This document shows, in pieces, positions 1 to 14,390 of a DNA stretch of 64,000 bases; positions within the stretch are counted from its first letter, which is position 1, and the number at the start of each line of letters is the position of its first letter. The stretch is from Lytechinus pictus (taxonomy: Eukaryota), in contig NC_087251.1 in NCBI RefSeq assembly GCF_037042905.1, forward strand, positions 39,866,001 through 39,930,000, written 5' to 3'. The translations under genes were made by a program, and so were the position numbers. Under the pieces are notes generated by a model. The model did not search any database, was not told the DNA's origin, and saw only the letters and a program-made list of their open reading frames with translations.

Positions 1-338
1 AGACTCCCAGAGGTGCTCCACTTGTTAAGAATTGACATACCTTTGAATATCTATTATTTACAATTGTACATGACTGTGTAGTGATTTTCCCCTTTTCAGT
101 TTTATTACTATTGCTTGAGTCATGAACATACTGTGAAATCTGTTGAAATGAATGAATGAAATCTGTACTACTTCATTCATGCACTCATTCATTGATTAAT
201 GTTTGCATTCATAGATAATAAATAAACAAACAAATTAAACATGGAATGTAATTTTTTGTATATGTCTTCTAATATAGGCCTATATCAAACATAAGATTGA
301 TTGCTCTATCAGACCACAGTGCTTTGATGTGTTTACCT

Positions 339-969
339 CCGGGGGGGGGGGGGGGGGGGGGCCACTTACATTGACGAGTGGATACCATGCGTGACCAAAA
401 AAACACGTAAAAAGGATGTCTTTTTCAAGATAGGGCACGTTACGTACGTAACGTGATAAGGGTGTCAAAAACACAAAAATATTGAAAAAAGGGTATCTAT
501 TTCGCTCAGAAAAATATACGTGTTTAGGGTCAAATATGCGGGGATGATAAAACAACGTGTTTAGAGTCCGATTTGCGCGAGGTAAGGAAGGTGGGGCCGT
601 ACTAAACCAAAATAATGGTGTCTAAAGGTAAAACCGACGACCGACGGATTCGTGACATAACAATAAAATATCTCTGTACTTGTTTAGGGGTTCATTTCAG
701 GGAATACTTGCATCGTTTTGTTTCCAATACTTGTTAAGGGGTGCATTTTCAGAATATGGAAAATACATCGCTGTACTTGTTTAGGGGCTCAGTTCTGAGA
801 ATACTTGCCAATAGTATTTGTTTCCAATACTTGTTAAGGGTAGGGTTTCACACGCCAATACTTGTTAAGGGGTGCATTTTCAGAATATGGAAAATACGTG
901 TTTAGGGTGCTTTTCAAGACCCCGTGGTCGCGCATGGTATCCACTCGTCAATGGAAGTGGCCCCCCGGG
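339..969. mobile_element. Non-autonomous TIR DNA transposon (MITE) with CCGGGGG...CCCCCGGG ends
   Basis: GGCCACTTACATTGACGAGTGGATACCATGCG (360-391) is inverted at the right end (CGCATGGTATCCACTCGTCAATGGAAGTGGCC, ~931-962). TSD GTTTACCT(C) at 331 and 970. Internal TACTTGTTWAGGGG repeats. Confidence 0.9.
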
Positions 970-1092
970 GTTTACCTCTTCTTCAGAGGGATTATCTTGA
1001 TTTCCGAGAGTCTAATGAGTGTGCCAGCATCATCTAGCTGAACATTTTGAAGACTGCGTAGATTGTACATAGAGGCAGCTACAAACATTCAT

Positions 1093-1265
1093 TTTTGACT
1101 AGCGCACCAGAGGTGAAAGCGAGACTAAGGGATCCGAATGTCGTCCGTCCGTCACAAACATTATGACACATAACTCCGCAATCATTAGTCACTTTTCAAC
1201 CAAACTTGGATGGTAGATGTACTTTGGGGACCTGCATGTTATGTTGCAGTTGGAGGTCACATGGT
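1093..1265 (+). mobile_element. 5' fragment of a DINE-1/Helentron-like non-autonomous element
   Basis: T-run start, short 5' block, (GTCC)n microsatellite, then CAACCAAACTTGG and GAGGTCACATG motifs. Same layout as the element at 22955. Confidence 0.55.
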
Positions 1266-1440
1266 GTCACAGAGGAATTAGAATTGCATTTACCTGTGTG
1301 TATCTTAAAATGATACAGGTTAAGAGAGGTGAGATAGAGAGAGTAAGAACATGCTTTTTGTGCCATTGGTGGTGAATTGTGGTGAATGATAGTGACAGAT
1401 GATTAAATGAGATTAGTTATGAAATTGAGGATTAATTTTC

Positions 1441-4400
1441 TAATAATAATAATAAGGCATTTAGGAATGCTATACATAGTACACTATATCATAGCGTTAA
1501 CACTGTAGATCAATTTACAACACTTAAAAAAGCTACATCTATCCTAGATACAAGTACGTTTTCAACTGTTTCTTAAATCTAAGAAGAGAAGTTTCAGATC
1601 TTAATTTAGTGGGAAGCTTGTTCCATTCTTTTGCCGCAGTAACAGTAAAAATACGTTCACGGGCCTTGCTCCGGGTTGTCTGATAGGTTAGTCTAAAATG
1701 ATCTCCACCTGACCGCAAACCTTCTCGTTTAGGATTATGAACCTGAAGTGCCCCCTTGATATGCATTGGTACATGATCATGAAATGATTTATATGCATAC
1801 AAAAGAATCTTAAATAATATTCTTTGTTTAACTGGTAGCCAGTGTAATGCCCTTATTAGTGGAATAGCATCATGTCTACGGTCAACTTTGTGAATAATAC
1901 CCGCTGCCCAGTTTTGCAGACTCTGTAGTCGCCTTACGTGCATTTGGGGAACTTCTGTAAGGAGTGCATTACAATAATCGATCCGAGATAGTACATGACT
2001 ACGTACCGCATGATGACATGCATCTACTGTTATGTACTTTCGTATGCGACATATATTTCTTAATTGAAACCTAACAGATTTACATAAAAAATCAATTTGC
2101 TTTGTCATAGACATGTTACAATCCAAATATACACCAAGACTCTTAATTGAAGAGGATGGTAAGACTTGTGATGTACCAATATCAATAGAAATATTATCTA
2201 ACCCACGAAGGTTATATGGTGAACCTACTACCAGAAATTCAGTTTTTGCTTCATTCAGCTTTAGTCTGTTATTATTCATCCATATGCTGATGTCTGCAAC
2301 ACATACCGAAAGGGTTCTCAATGCAATCTTTAAGCCATGTGCTGCCCTGGGGTCAAAAGATACATAAAGTTGCGTATCATCAGCATATAGATGATAAGAC
2401 ACATTATGAGTTTTGGCAATGTCTGCGATAGGTAGGGTGTATACAGTATAACCTATCGGTCCGAACACAGAACCTTGAGGAAGGCCAATTGAATTAACAG
2501 AAACTAGTGAATGCTTTCCATTTATTTCCACACATGTAGACCAATCATCCAAATGGGTCTGGAACCAGTTTAAAGCTGTGCCCTGGACTCTTATCCGTTT
2601 CGAAAGCCGGGTCATCAAAATCTGACGATCTATCGTGTCAAACGCTGCTGATAAGTCTAAGGACAAAAGCAAAGTTACTTGACCCTTGTCCATAGCAGAC
2701 ATAATGTCATTCTTCACCTTGATAAGAGCGCTCTCTGTACTATGGTGAGATCTATAGGCAGACTGATGAGGATCCCATTAACTATTTTCCGACATATGAT
2801 CCGTGAGCCTACGACAAGCAATCTTTTCCAATACCTTCCCAAGAAAACTGAGGTTGGATACAGGCCGGTAGTTGGATAGGCAATTCTTGTCATGGCTTGG
2901 TTTCTTGAGTAGTGGCCGAATAACTGCTGACCTCAATGAACTTGGAAAGTCGCCAGACTGAAGGGACGAATTTATGATATTCGTCAAAATATGAAGAAGG
3001 TATGGTAAGTTCTCTTTGAGGAACCATGTGGGTAACGGATCCAGACTGCACGACTTGCATGGTGATCCTAAAATGATCTTCTTTACTTCATCTTCTGTAG
3101 CAAGATCAAAGCGTGACAGTGGCTCAAAATCCTTTTGACAAATGTCAGTGGCTGGATCTGAATAGGAACGAGGCTGCACATCATCTAGGCTCCTTTGAAT
3201 CTTTCTGATCTTTTCTTCAAAGAACGAAGATAATTTATTGGACAGTGCTTCAAGAGAGTCATAGAAAGGAAGAGCTGGCAACTTCCTGTTCATTAGATAG
3301 TCTAAAGTTTTATACAGCTCCTTAACATTACAAGAAGATAAAGCACTCTGATAATAGGCAATTTTCTTCCGACAAATGCGATTGGATGACTCGCGTTTCA
3401 TTGCCAGAAAAACTTCACGATCAGCATCAGAACCGGATTTCTTCCACCTTCTCTCAGCTTGTCGTTTTCGTTGGCGTGCTCGATGAATGTCCTCATCATA
3501 CCATGGCATTCTTCGTCGTACCTGCCGTTCTTTCACAGTAGGCGGAGCAAATGAATCAAGAAGTGACTGAAGGGTGTCCTTATACCATCTGAAACTGGCT
3601 TCAGCATTCCCATGGTGTGTAAAGTTATATATAGATTCACGCAAGGCTTTTACAAATGATTCCCTATCAATTATCCTATAGTTCCGCAATGTTTGGAGTA
3701 TCTTCTCTGATTTGGGCATCGGTACGTCAATAAGCAAAGTTATTATAAAATGGTCTGACATTTGTTCATCGGCGACTATACAACTTCGCACAACTGATTC
3801 CAACTCAGATGTAAACACTAAATCGAGTGTGTGTCCATGTGAATGAGTTGGACCTGTGACATGTTGTTGAAATCCGGCAGCAGATGTAGCTCGAAGAAAA
3901 GCACTAACATCGGCTTTTGTTGGTATATCTACATGGAAATTGAAGTCTCCCAACATAAGCACTTTCCCTGGAAGAACAGATATATCAGTTAGGAAACTGT
4001 CAAATTCATTCATAAAGTTAGGAAGAGTAAGACCGTTTGAAGCTGAGGGTGGAGGACGATATATCACGATGAGATGTAAGGTCGATGACCCACTGACGAT
4101 GTGGACATGTTCAAAGGTGTCAAACTCAAAAACTGGTTTTGTGGATAGTTTCAGTTCCGACCTAGCTATCACTGCAATGCCCCCTCCATTGCCAACTTTC
4201 CGTGGTGCATTGATGAATATGTACCCAGGTGGAGTACACTCCCAATTACAACTTGATCATCGTCTTTTAACCATGACTCCGTAATGATAAAAATGTCAAT
4301 ATGATGCTCTAAAATATAGTCGCAAGTATCTTGAGATTTTGATCTCAATGAACGAGCGTTCCACAGACAGACCTTAGCTCCGGAGTTAATGTCAGTGTTT

Positions 4401-4650
4401 GATCTTGGAACAACAGTAAGATTACTATGATTGATTCCACGCTTCATTCTGTCATTACGGTCTGGTCTATTGGTGATGCGTGTTGGAATGCTTGTAGGTA
4501 TAAGCTTTTTCCTACCTCCTCTTTTTCCTCTACGAGTTGGTCGCTTATTCCTTATACCTAGAAAACAGACATTCTCCCAAACGTCTAAAGGAAGTTTCTT
4601 ATATGAAGCCTCAGTGTTCACTCGAATGAGCTCTTGCCTGCTATAGCTTA
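1441..4650 (-). mobile_element. L2-clade (CR1 group) LINE, near full-length ORF2 with (TTA)n tail
   Basis: APE endonuclease motifs (CLWNARSL, ITESWL, IYRPP, GDFN, HTLDLV, SDH), RT motifs (LDLSAAFDT, GLPQGSV, YADDTQLY) and an L2-type C-terminal LHWLPVKQRILFK. (TAA)n at 1441-1455 is the 3' tail on the minus strand. Confidence 0.93.
1539..4621 (-). pseudogene. Disrupted LINE ORF2 (endonuclease-reverse transcriptase)
   Basis: ORFs 4169..4621, 2778..4172 and 1539..2717 join into one protein. There is one frameshift near 4243 and one in-frame TAA at 2778-2780; the bridging peptide WDPHQSAYRSHHSTESALIKV stays in frame. Confidence 0.88.
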
Positions 4651-6134
4651 TCCTATTGTTTGAGGTGTTATCCCGTTCATGGCCTTGAATCTTTAAAGTG
4701 AAAGAGGTCTTTAATGTGAAAGAGGTATTTTTTTATTCTAATAGGCCAGAGGTCATTGAAATGTCTGAGTAGATTTGCTGAAAGAGGTTTAATTTCTTAG
4801 TGTGAAAGGGTCAAGAGTCTGTAGAGTCTTCAATGCAAGAGTTAATTGAACTGCATGCCTTATTTTATTCAGCCCAGAATAGGTTTTTGTGTTTGGGAAT
4901 TTTCAGGTGCAAATATGCAAATTAACTTTGGACATGTTCCTTGTACTGAACATGTAGAAAGGTACACTTGGGGCAGACACACCCAGCCAACTAGAGAAGG
5001 AGGACATGCCAAGCCTGGGCATGGATCCTCAGGAGATTTTGTTCAATTAATTTCTTCAGTATTTTCTGGTTTAGTCTTCTAATTCTCCAAGTTTGAGAGC
5101 AGGAGAAGAACCTGTTTTGACAGGGTATTTCATCAATCCTGTATACGCGTAGTTAATTCAGCACCACCGGTGAGTTGACTTATATGAGCTTTTGTATAGT
5201 TTGAAGGTAACAAATTATAATGTATGTGAAAGAAACAAATATGACTTATGATAAAGGATATTTTATTATAGTAAATGGATGATTCTTTATGACCTATTTA
5301 TAAAGAATTTGAGTAAACCCTTTTTTTTCACATTTTTTAGGTTGATTTTTTGTTATCTTTCGCGCAATTTCTAAGAACTGAGAGTGCTGTTAGACTTAAA
5401 GAGCAGACAATAGCAATATAAATAGATTATTCATCTTAAGGATACAATTATATTGCGAAATTTGATAAAATGTTCATAAATTTTGACTGAGTGATAGAGC
5501 TTTAAACCTAATGTTGTGATCACATGAGGTCTAAAAATGCCAAATTCTTTTGAATGCGCAATTCTTAAGAACATCCTTTTGGATGAACTTTGAAGCTCTA
5601 TATCAAAAAGTCAAGCAAATGGACCCATGTTCATTTTTGCATATTTGGAATATTCAGCTGCTAAAGTATCTATGTGCAAAGTATGATGATATGTTTGGGA
5701 GCAAGACTACGGAACCATTTGCATTTTAGACGTCATTATCAGACTTTTGCTTGTTTTCGGCACATTTTGTGCTGTTTTAAGCCAACTTGCAATACTTTGG
5801 ACACTGATAATTTGAAGACGAACAAATGGACTCCATATTTTTAATGTTTTAAAGTCTTTAAAAGATATTCCTCTACAAATCTGGAGAGTGAGGAAAATGA
5901 GATGGATTTTGAATGTTTGGGAGCAGAACTACTGAACCATTCGCATTTTAGACGGTATTATTAGACTTGCATGTTTTTGGCTCATTTTAGGCAATTGTCA
6001 AGCCAACTCGCAACACTTAAATTTGGACACTGATAGTTTAAAAACGAGCACATGGACCCCATATATTTAACTTCCCTACACCTTGCAATGTTTTCCTCTA
6101 CAATTTTGCCGAATTTGATGAAAATGACATGGAT

Positions 6135-6800
6135 TTTGAACTAAGTGAACTGGGCTGTTTGCAATGTATTGAGGACGGGGGGGGGGGGCATGGTGGCCCC
6201 CCTTCAGATCTCGGCTGCTGTTCACACGATCGCCCCAAAATTTGGCACACATTCTTTTCCACATAAAGTACAAGCCAATACAAAAACAAATTCCGAAAAT
6301 GATTATTTTTTATTTATTATAAATAAAATATGCAAATTTATTAGTTAAAAACATTAATTACATATTTAACATCCAATTTCACTTCATATTTTCTTTTTTT
6401 TCCAGATGTCACCTTTTTAATCTAATTTAAAGGTTTCCACAGAGAAAATTTGAATTTTTTCTTTATGTATTTCTTTGTTTTTTCATATTTTGTTTTTCAT
6501 TTTTTCAATGGAAATTATTACAGACCATTTACCAACTGAAGTAAACACTAGATTAATAAAGCAGACCAATTAGAACGAAAAATAATACCCTTTTGTACAC
6601 ACATGACATTGTTTCGTAAAGAGTCATGTGGCGTCATGATGCTATACCCGTATGCCGTGAATTTTGTCTCAAAAGTTGCACAAGACTTCAAAGAAAAAAG
6701 TCATAAAATTTTGTGGCGTTATCATTTTTCGTTTTGGAAATATCGCGCGAAGCGTCAGGGGGGCCATCATGCCCCCCCCCCCCCCCAGTCCTTTTAGGGT
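6135..6800. mobile_element. Degenerate non-autonomous TIR element (piggyBac-like AGGG-T(A)AA right end)
   Basis: GGGGGGCATGGTGGCCCCCC (6184-6203) is inverted to GGGGGGCCATCATGCCCCCC (~6758-6777). The right end reads TTTAGGGTAAA. Confidence 0.5.
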
Positions 6801-6923
6801 AAACTATACTTGCTTAATTTTTGAGTAGATTCACGTCTTTTGAATTAAAAAAAAAAGTTTATGCACCATGCTTGTCAAATGAGAGTGCCACTTACTCCAG
6901 ATAGATATTGTTTTGCCCATTTA

Positions 6924-7443
6924 AGGAAACCAAAACCCAAGAAGAAAGCGATCTTATTGGAAAGAGTAAAATGAGAGGAACAATTTTTTAAAAAATTTCA
7001 TCAAAAGACTTGTTGTACTTTCTATGGGGAACCTCAAATTGGTAAACATGCTTCAAAATGGCTGATTTTGTGGACAACTCTCTACTTGTTATGTACACAA
7101 ATTTTCAGATTTTCCTCATCTTTCAAATTGCATCTTACCTCCCGAGCAAAACATGGCATGGGAAAATATAATTCACACCACATATGTCAAGGTCAAGAGG
7201 AGATAATGTGAAATACGTAAACAAAAGGGGAAAATCTGAAAATTTGTGTACAAAACAAACGGAGAGCCATTTTGAAGCACGTTTGCCCATTTGGGGATAC
7301 CCATGGAAAGTACAAGACTTTTTAAACATCCATAACTTGCTTAATTATTTCATAACCGATTTTGGGTAAAACTTTTTTTAAATTGTTCCTCTCATTTTAA
7401 TCTTTCCAATAAGATTGCTTCTTCTCTTGGGCTTTGGTTTCCT
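6924..7443. mobile_element. MITE with long TIRs (AGGAAACCAAA...TTTGGTTTCCT)
   Basis: ~70-bp terminal inverted repeats plus internal inverted blocks (7040-7115 vs 7225-7305). Confidence 0.8.
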
Positions 7444-8206
7444 TCAAAAGATATTCTCCTTCTTTGGTATCCTATTAGTTACATATCCTGTAAGTTTGAT
7501 GCGATATATTTGGTAAATTCGTGAGGTCTAAGCAGCTGGTAGAGCAAAATGATGTGCATAAGTTTTATACTATTTTCATGGCTGTACACAGGGAGGGGGG
7601 GGTGGACAAAATGAATAAAAATTTGAGATGGATGGAGAGAAGTGACAGAGCTTGTCATAGGGGTGCTTTTGCATGTCTTTCAAAGTAGGAGTATAGTACG
7701 ATCACTTCCCGAGTATTTTAAAATTATATCCATGATTTCGAACAATTTCATTTGCTATTTTACCGAATATCAACTAAGAATCTTTTATAAGAAACATTTT
7801 GTTAAACGTTTTTTTAACTGAATCCATTCCATCCATTGTTGCTTTAAAAGGAATAGGAATCAAACAAAATGCACCCCAAAGGTCATCTCGAAAACCTAAC
7901 AGACTTTTCTAGCTTGTAAGAGCATTACATTATATTGCTTCATATAAGAAAAGAGCGATATATAAATCTAAATCTAAAAAAGAAGCGCGAGATGAATTAT
8001 ATATTTTAATTTATAAAATGGGACAGTGATCATGAATATCTGTTTCTTTTTCAGTTTAGAGGGCTGGTAGTCCTCAAGTCTGGAGTTTTTATGTAAAATC
8101 AGGTAAACACAATACTGAAAATTTCATCAAAATCGGACAAGGAATAACAAAGTTATAACATTTCAAAGTTTGGTATTATTTCGGTGAAACAGTATGAGCA
8201 ATGAGC

Positions 8207-9835
8207 CACTGGCGTAAATCCCGGGGGGGGGGGGATATATCCCCCCCCCCCCCACTTTTCGAGGAGGGGGTGATGGCCTGTACAATCATTCCCCCCCCCC
8301 CACTTTTTACGAAAGAAATGAAGAAAAAAAAATCACAAGAGATAATTGTTTTCCTTATTATAACATTGAAGAGAAACCCCCGTTTCTTCTAATTCATCAA
8401 TGTTGGGGTCTTTGGGAAGGGATTAAGATGGAATGTCAAATTTTTTTAAATGTAATCTCTAATAAAACCATTAAACCATCATGGGGTAAAAAGATAATAG
8501 TGGAGGGGTATTTGCCATATGGACATACAGTGGCGTAACTACGGGGGGGGGGCATGGGAGGCACATGCTCCCCCCATCGGCTGACAAAAAAAACCCCGGG
8601 GAAATGGGGAAAATGAGAAAAGAGGGAGAAAGGAAAAGAAACGTAGTGGGAAAGAAAAAAGTATTATTCATTATAATGTTATATTATATTATAATTATGT
8701 TATGTTACATTACATAAGAAACATTTAAATCATAACTTTATGAAACATAATTTGCCCAGGGCCTACGTCTTCATTGTTCCTGGTGCTCGCATTGTCTGTT
8801 CAACGAGATATATAATCCTGTTGTACTAAAACATCCCGTTTTCAAGTCAATATAAACCAAATATATTTCCTTGCACTTGAGTTATCATTGTTTTATGTAG
8901 TGACATAGGCCTATGCTTCTTTTACATGACTCAAAAAGTGATTGCCCCATGTTAAGGTCTTCGTATATATAAAAACATTTCCTGTCCATGATTACGTTCG
9001 CATTATAGTGGATTGGTGAGATATGTCTGCTCTTCATGAATTCCTAAAATCAGTCCTTAAAATGTCCCTTTTTCTGATCTGAATATCAAAAATTTACAGC
9101 TCGCGCTTCGCGCTTGCATCATTTGGTTAATGAAATACGTATGGTCCAAGTTAATTCCTACAAAGAAACCTTAGAATGCCCCACTTCAGGTCTGAATTAT
9201 CTAACTTATCTAAATTTTCTGCTCGCGCTTCACGCTCGCAATATTTGATTAGTGAGATGCGTATGATAATCATGATTGCAATGACTACAAAAAGTGTTTC
9301 ATGTGTTCAGATGTAATTCTAATAAAATCAGCAAGCGCTTGGCACTCGCATTAGATGACTTTGGTGAGATATGCATACTCTTAATGGATTACTAAAATAT
9401 ATTCCTTAAAATCTCGCTGTTTGGGGTCAAAATATACGAAAATTTCAGCTCGCGCTTCGCGCTCGCATTGTTTAGCGAGACAGGTACCTATCATGATTAC
9501 ACAAATTTGATCATAATGTTTTTAGGTGTGAATATAAAAAAAATTCAGCTCGCGCTTCGCGCTCGCATTATTTGATCAGTGAGATACATGTCCGTTCAAT
9601 GACATTGTCCTTAAAATGTCTCTATTAGGTCAGAATATCTAGCAACTGAGCGCGCTTTGCGCGCTCACACAGTGATTCAAAAATTTTGCTGGTGCCCCCA
9701 CAATGCCGTGACCCACGGTACGCCACTGTGGACATATCAATTACAATTCCTTGCATATCTAAAAACATGATTGCAAAAAAAATGCCAAAATATTTCAGTC
9801 ACCCCCCCACCCCTCAACACGGATTTACGCCAGTG
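8207..9835. mobile_element. hAT-type non-autonomous element, 8-bp TSD
   Basis: Ends CACTGGCGTAAATCC / GGATTTACGCCAGTG. TSD CAATGAGC at 8199-8206 and 9836-9843. Confidence 0.9.
8528..9728. mobile_element. hAT-type non-autonomous element nested in the previous one, 8-bp TSD
   Basis: Ends CAGTGGCGTA / TACGCCACTG. TSD TGGACATA at 8520-8527 and 9729-9736. Internal GCTCGCGCTTCGCGCTCGCA motifs. Confidence 0.9.
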
Positions 9836-10905
9836 CAATGAGCTGATGATGTCATATCTCCACTTATTCTTTTGTATTTTATTATATGAAATTTCGAATT
9901 TTGGTCTCCAAGAATGAAAAAGTGGATTGGCTACTGATTTAGGGTGTAAGATAACCTTTGCTGCAACTTTTCTTGTCACAAGGGGGACATACACACATTT
10001 GTAAGAATATGAAATAATCATGATTTCATGTAATAACAAATAAGAAAAAAGGGAAGTATGACATGACATCATCACTTTGATCTGATGACGTAACAACACC
10101 AGTCAACTAAGATCAGATCATCACAACACCACCAACCATTTGGTTTCTTTCTCTTTGTTATTCAGATTCCCTGCTTTTTTTTCTTTCCACCCTTTTATTT
10201 ATTTTCATTTTCGTCGTCTTTCTCTCCCCCCCCCCCCTCTCCCCCTCCCTCCCCCCCTCTCTCTCTCTATTTCCCCCATTCCCTCGATCAAAGTTAGAAG
10301 TAAAATCGGATTCGGTTATTCATTTTGATTATCTTGTATTTATCAATGATATTGATATTAACTTTGGGGTTTCATTTTCTTTTAAAGTTAGTTTCTGAGG
10401 CTAAATTATACTAAGTTGTAGTCATGTAGAACATGACAATAATTTAGCCTCGGTAACTAACATAACTTAGAAAATTAAGTAACTCCGAAAATTAACCAGC
10501 ATAATTCATAAAATTAACTTCAAGCCAATCACTTCCATTTCATAATAATATTTTATGCCTAAAAACCGCGCGACGTCACCGCGACGCAATGTGTCAGATT
10601 AATCCTCAAAATAAGAAACCGGGACTTGATTAATTAACGAATTGATTTTCCAAATTTGAGTTCTCCGGCTCGCTATATTGTTCCTTGTATTTACAATTAA
10701 AAAAAAAACACGATGTCACACTAATGAAAAAAAAATCACAATATACTCCAGTAACTCCACATTATCACAAGGAAGCTTCTCATTGTTATTTTAAGTTGGA
10801 GGTTAATTTTTGAATATTTTTGTGACTGAGTTAGTTTGGGACAAAGTTACATATTGTCATGCATGTTAGATGTTTGTAAACCATCGATCTGGAAGATCTC
10901 TTTGA

Positions 10906-10994
10906 CCCCCCCCCCCCCCAAAAAAAAAAAAAAATAATAATAATAATAATAATAATAAATGAACAAATAAATAAATAAATAAATAAATAAAAAA
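10906..10994. repeat. Compound microsatellite (C)n(A)n(TAA)n(TAAA)n
   Basis: Directly visible. Confidence 0.9.
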
Positions 10995-11692
10995 CTCCTT
11001 ACACCCGTATATTATCAATATCCTTTGACTGGACAGTTTTATTTCTTTGGAGTTAGTTCAAATGAATATTAAAAAATATTTTAAGGGGATAGGCAAAGTC
11101 TTTGTTATGGGGGTACTCCAGGATGAGAAATAACATGTAAATATATAATAATAATAAGTAAAATCAGTCAAACAAAATACTGACATTTTCATCAAAACTG
11201 GACAATGATTAACATAGTGATGACCATTTAAAGCTTTGCATAATTTCGGTGAAGCAGTCTATGACTGTCGAAATGGATATGCTATGAGAACGCTGGCGAT
11301 ATCATATCCCCACTTATTCTTTTATAGTCTATTATAATTGTAAATTTATTCAAAAATTTGTCTACCAAGAATGAGGAAACTGACATCTGATTGCATAAAA
11401 TATTCATTTGTGTAACTCATTTTGTTACAATGGAGGCATATCGTGCAGAAATGTGTGAAAATATGAAATAATTATGATTTCAAGTAATCACATAAGAAAA
11501 AGGAAAGTGAGGATATGACATCATCATCACATCTAATGAATATTCATGGCGGCGTGCATATAACGGTTCTCTTAAAATATTGCTCAGCTTTCAAAATTCA
11601 ATAATTTCGTCATTTTTTTTATTATCAGATTTAATGAAATCTCCAGCGATTTTCTTTGTAAATTTAATTATTTACATATGAAAATTTTAGAC

Positions 11693-11849
11693 CCGGAGAG
11701 CGTTTGATCAACATTTTCATCCAACAAGTTGTCAGATCTGACAATTTTCCTTGATTTTGATTGGCTGAGGATCACGGTTTCTATGGCAACTGTCGGATAA
11801 AACAGTACTTGTCGAATAAAACAAGTCCTTTCATGAAACGCTCCCCCGG
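11693..11849. mobile_element. Short MITE
   Basis: Imperfect TIRs CCGGAGAGCGTTTGAT / ATGAAACGCTCCCCCGG. Confidence 0.55.
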
Positions 11850-11954
11850 GGACCCATTTGATATATAATCATACATAGTTAGCCGACAAGCATACAAACA
11901 AGTAAATTAATAGATAAATAAACAAATACAAATAAAACAAATAAATGAATAAAA

Positions 11955-12170
11955 NNNNNNNNNNNNNNNNNNNNNNNNNNNNNNNNNNNNNNNNNNNNNN
12001 NNNNNNNNNNNNNNNNNNNNNNNNNNNNNNNNNNNNNNNNNNNNNNNNNNNNNNNNNNNNNNNNNNNNNNNNNNNNNNNNNNNNNNNNNNNNNNNNNNNN
12101 NNNNNNNNNNNNNNNNNNNNNNNNNNNNNNNNNNNNNNNNNNNNNNNNNNNNNNNNNNNNNNNNNNNNNN
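11955..12170. other. Assembly gap (216 N)
   Basis: Run of N. Confidence 1.
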
Positions 12171-14390
12171 TAAAAGAAGAAATTAATTCGAAAGGAGAAA
12201 CTAATCACAAAGGAAAGAGCACAATGGAAAACAAATTCTGGTGAAAGGGGAGGCAAACTTAAAAAACGCCCCTTTTAATTTGTCATTTGATACCGAAATA
12301 AAATCTTGAGAGGTAAATTATTTATAACATCTGTATCTGGGCATTTGCCAAAGACCTATTATAAGCATTCGATTCAAATACTGTATTCATTCATCGTAAC
12401 AAGCAATTGAATAGACCACAGAGCGAGGAATCCAAGTCCATTTGTTATTTCGCTCGTGCAATCCTCGAGAAAAAAAGGTCTGGTTTATGACGTAAGAATG
12501 CAACACACCTGCTAAAAATAACTGCGGTGCGCCAGAAAATTTCTGGTCAAACCATTTCATAGCAACAGTTTTCAGAGATACTGACTGGTCAGTAAAAAAT
12601 GCAGCTAAATGTATATTTTTGTTCTATCAGCAATTTACAATCTCGGGGTGGTGGCGCCCGAATGCCCGTCTTATTCAAATTCAATTCTGTTTTATTGAAA
12701 ATATTAATCAACAAGTCCGAAGACTTACATTGTAAGTTCACAATGAAAAAAAAAAGAACAAATACGTGCACAATGTATATCAAATACATGGTCTATTATT
12801 TGTCCAATCATACACAGACAAAATAATAATGAAAGCTGTCACATGGAGGAAAGGGCAGGGGGCGTTCGAGATGACCCGTATGCCCGTATGATTACCTTCT
12901 TCCTTAATCCCAACATATACATATTTATATTTTTCATAACAAATTGATTTATGTATGAATTTATGTTTACAAGAAAAATGTGTGATGAAATGGAAGAAAA
13001 CAAATGTTTTATTTGAATTGAAGAGGGCCTTGAAAGAGTTACATAACAGTGCGTACGAAGTTTCCCAAATTTGTTATGTAGATATATGATGATAAGAATG
13101 AAACACCAGCGGAGTCTCCTCCCTCCTTCTCTCTCTCCCTCTCTTTCTCTCTCCCTCTCTCATTGAGAAGTGGTTGTCCCTAAAAAAAAAATCATTATGT
13201 TTCCTCTACTATTTTCCGGTTTTAACACGCCTATATACGAATGATTTTTCATTTTTTATGATTTATCAATTGATCTTTAAATAGAAATTAGTGTAGGTTT
13301 TAATGAGTAATCATACGTGTTTGTTTTTAAACTCGATTAACAGTTTCGTCTTTTATAGTTACAAATTAATTGATTGATACTAATTCACCCTGTTTAAGAG
13401 CTGGCATAGTTGAAAAAACTGACCATACGATTGTGATTTTTTGCATAGTCAGCCCCCCCCCCCCCCCCCACTTTGGAAACCGTTCCGCGGCCCCTGATTA
13501 TGACCGTGCATTGGAGGATCTCAAGGGGCCGTCCGTCCCCTAACAAATAAGATTTGGAATCATGACTTTGTAGAGTGATAACCGATTTTTCGGGAGGGGC
13601 TGGTTAGCAATTTTTTTTTCTATTCCCGTACGATCCGCCTATTGTGACCTTTCATCGATTGTTGACTGTTACATTTACGTTTCATGTTGCCGTGTAAAAT
13701 CCCCTGAATTCACTGTTTCTACATCAGATATGCTTGAATTAACACCATTCATTTGTTTTAGGCACCGCCTACTATTTGCCTGGATGTAAAAATATATCCC
13801 TCCGCGCACTGACCATTTGCTGACCATTCTTCCAGTTCATTTTAATCAAATTACAGAAAATAGACATTGTTACTATGATAAGTTAGGTTGCATGTGATGG
13901 ATCAAAATTCCACCTTTATCAGTTGCATCCTTGAGATTTAGACAATTAATATCACCAGAAAGGCAAGTAGAGGTGTTTTGTTTATTGTTTGCATCATTTA
14001 TTTTAGTAAGTGTTATAGCATAAAGTGAAATTTAACTGATAAAGGTATTGGGTTTGTAAGGTTATGGTCAATGCTTTTTACATTCACATTGCATTAAGAA
14101 GGTTAATAGTGAAATCTTTTTCTTGAAGGTTGAATATAAAATATGTTGATCATATGATATAAGAATTATTCATGATTCCGCTTAAACCAGAATGCCAGAA
14201 CAAGAAAAGAGTGGTTTCATTTCTCTCGACAGTCTTTAAACCATTCTTAAACATTTAATAGCAAAATCATAAGACAAAAATTAAAAAAAAAGTCTATACG
14301 ATTTGTGGCTAAAGACCCCAAATTTAGATTGGTTTAAAATATGAATAAAAAGGACCCACATTTTGACTGACATTTTGTATTTTGGTACAG

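Noticed and set aside
11879-12256. ORFs spanning the N run
   Set aside because: Artefacts of the assembly gap.
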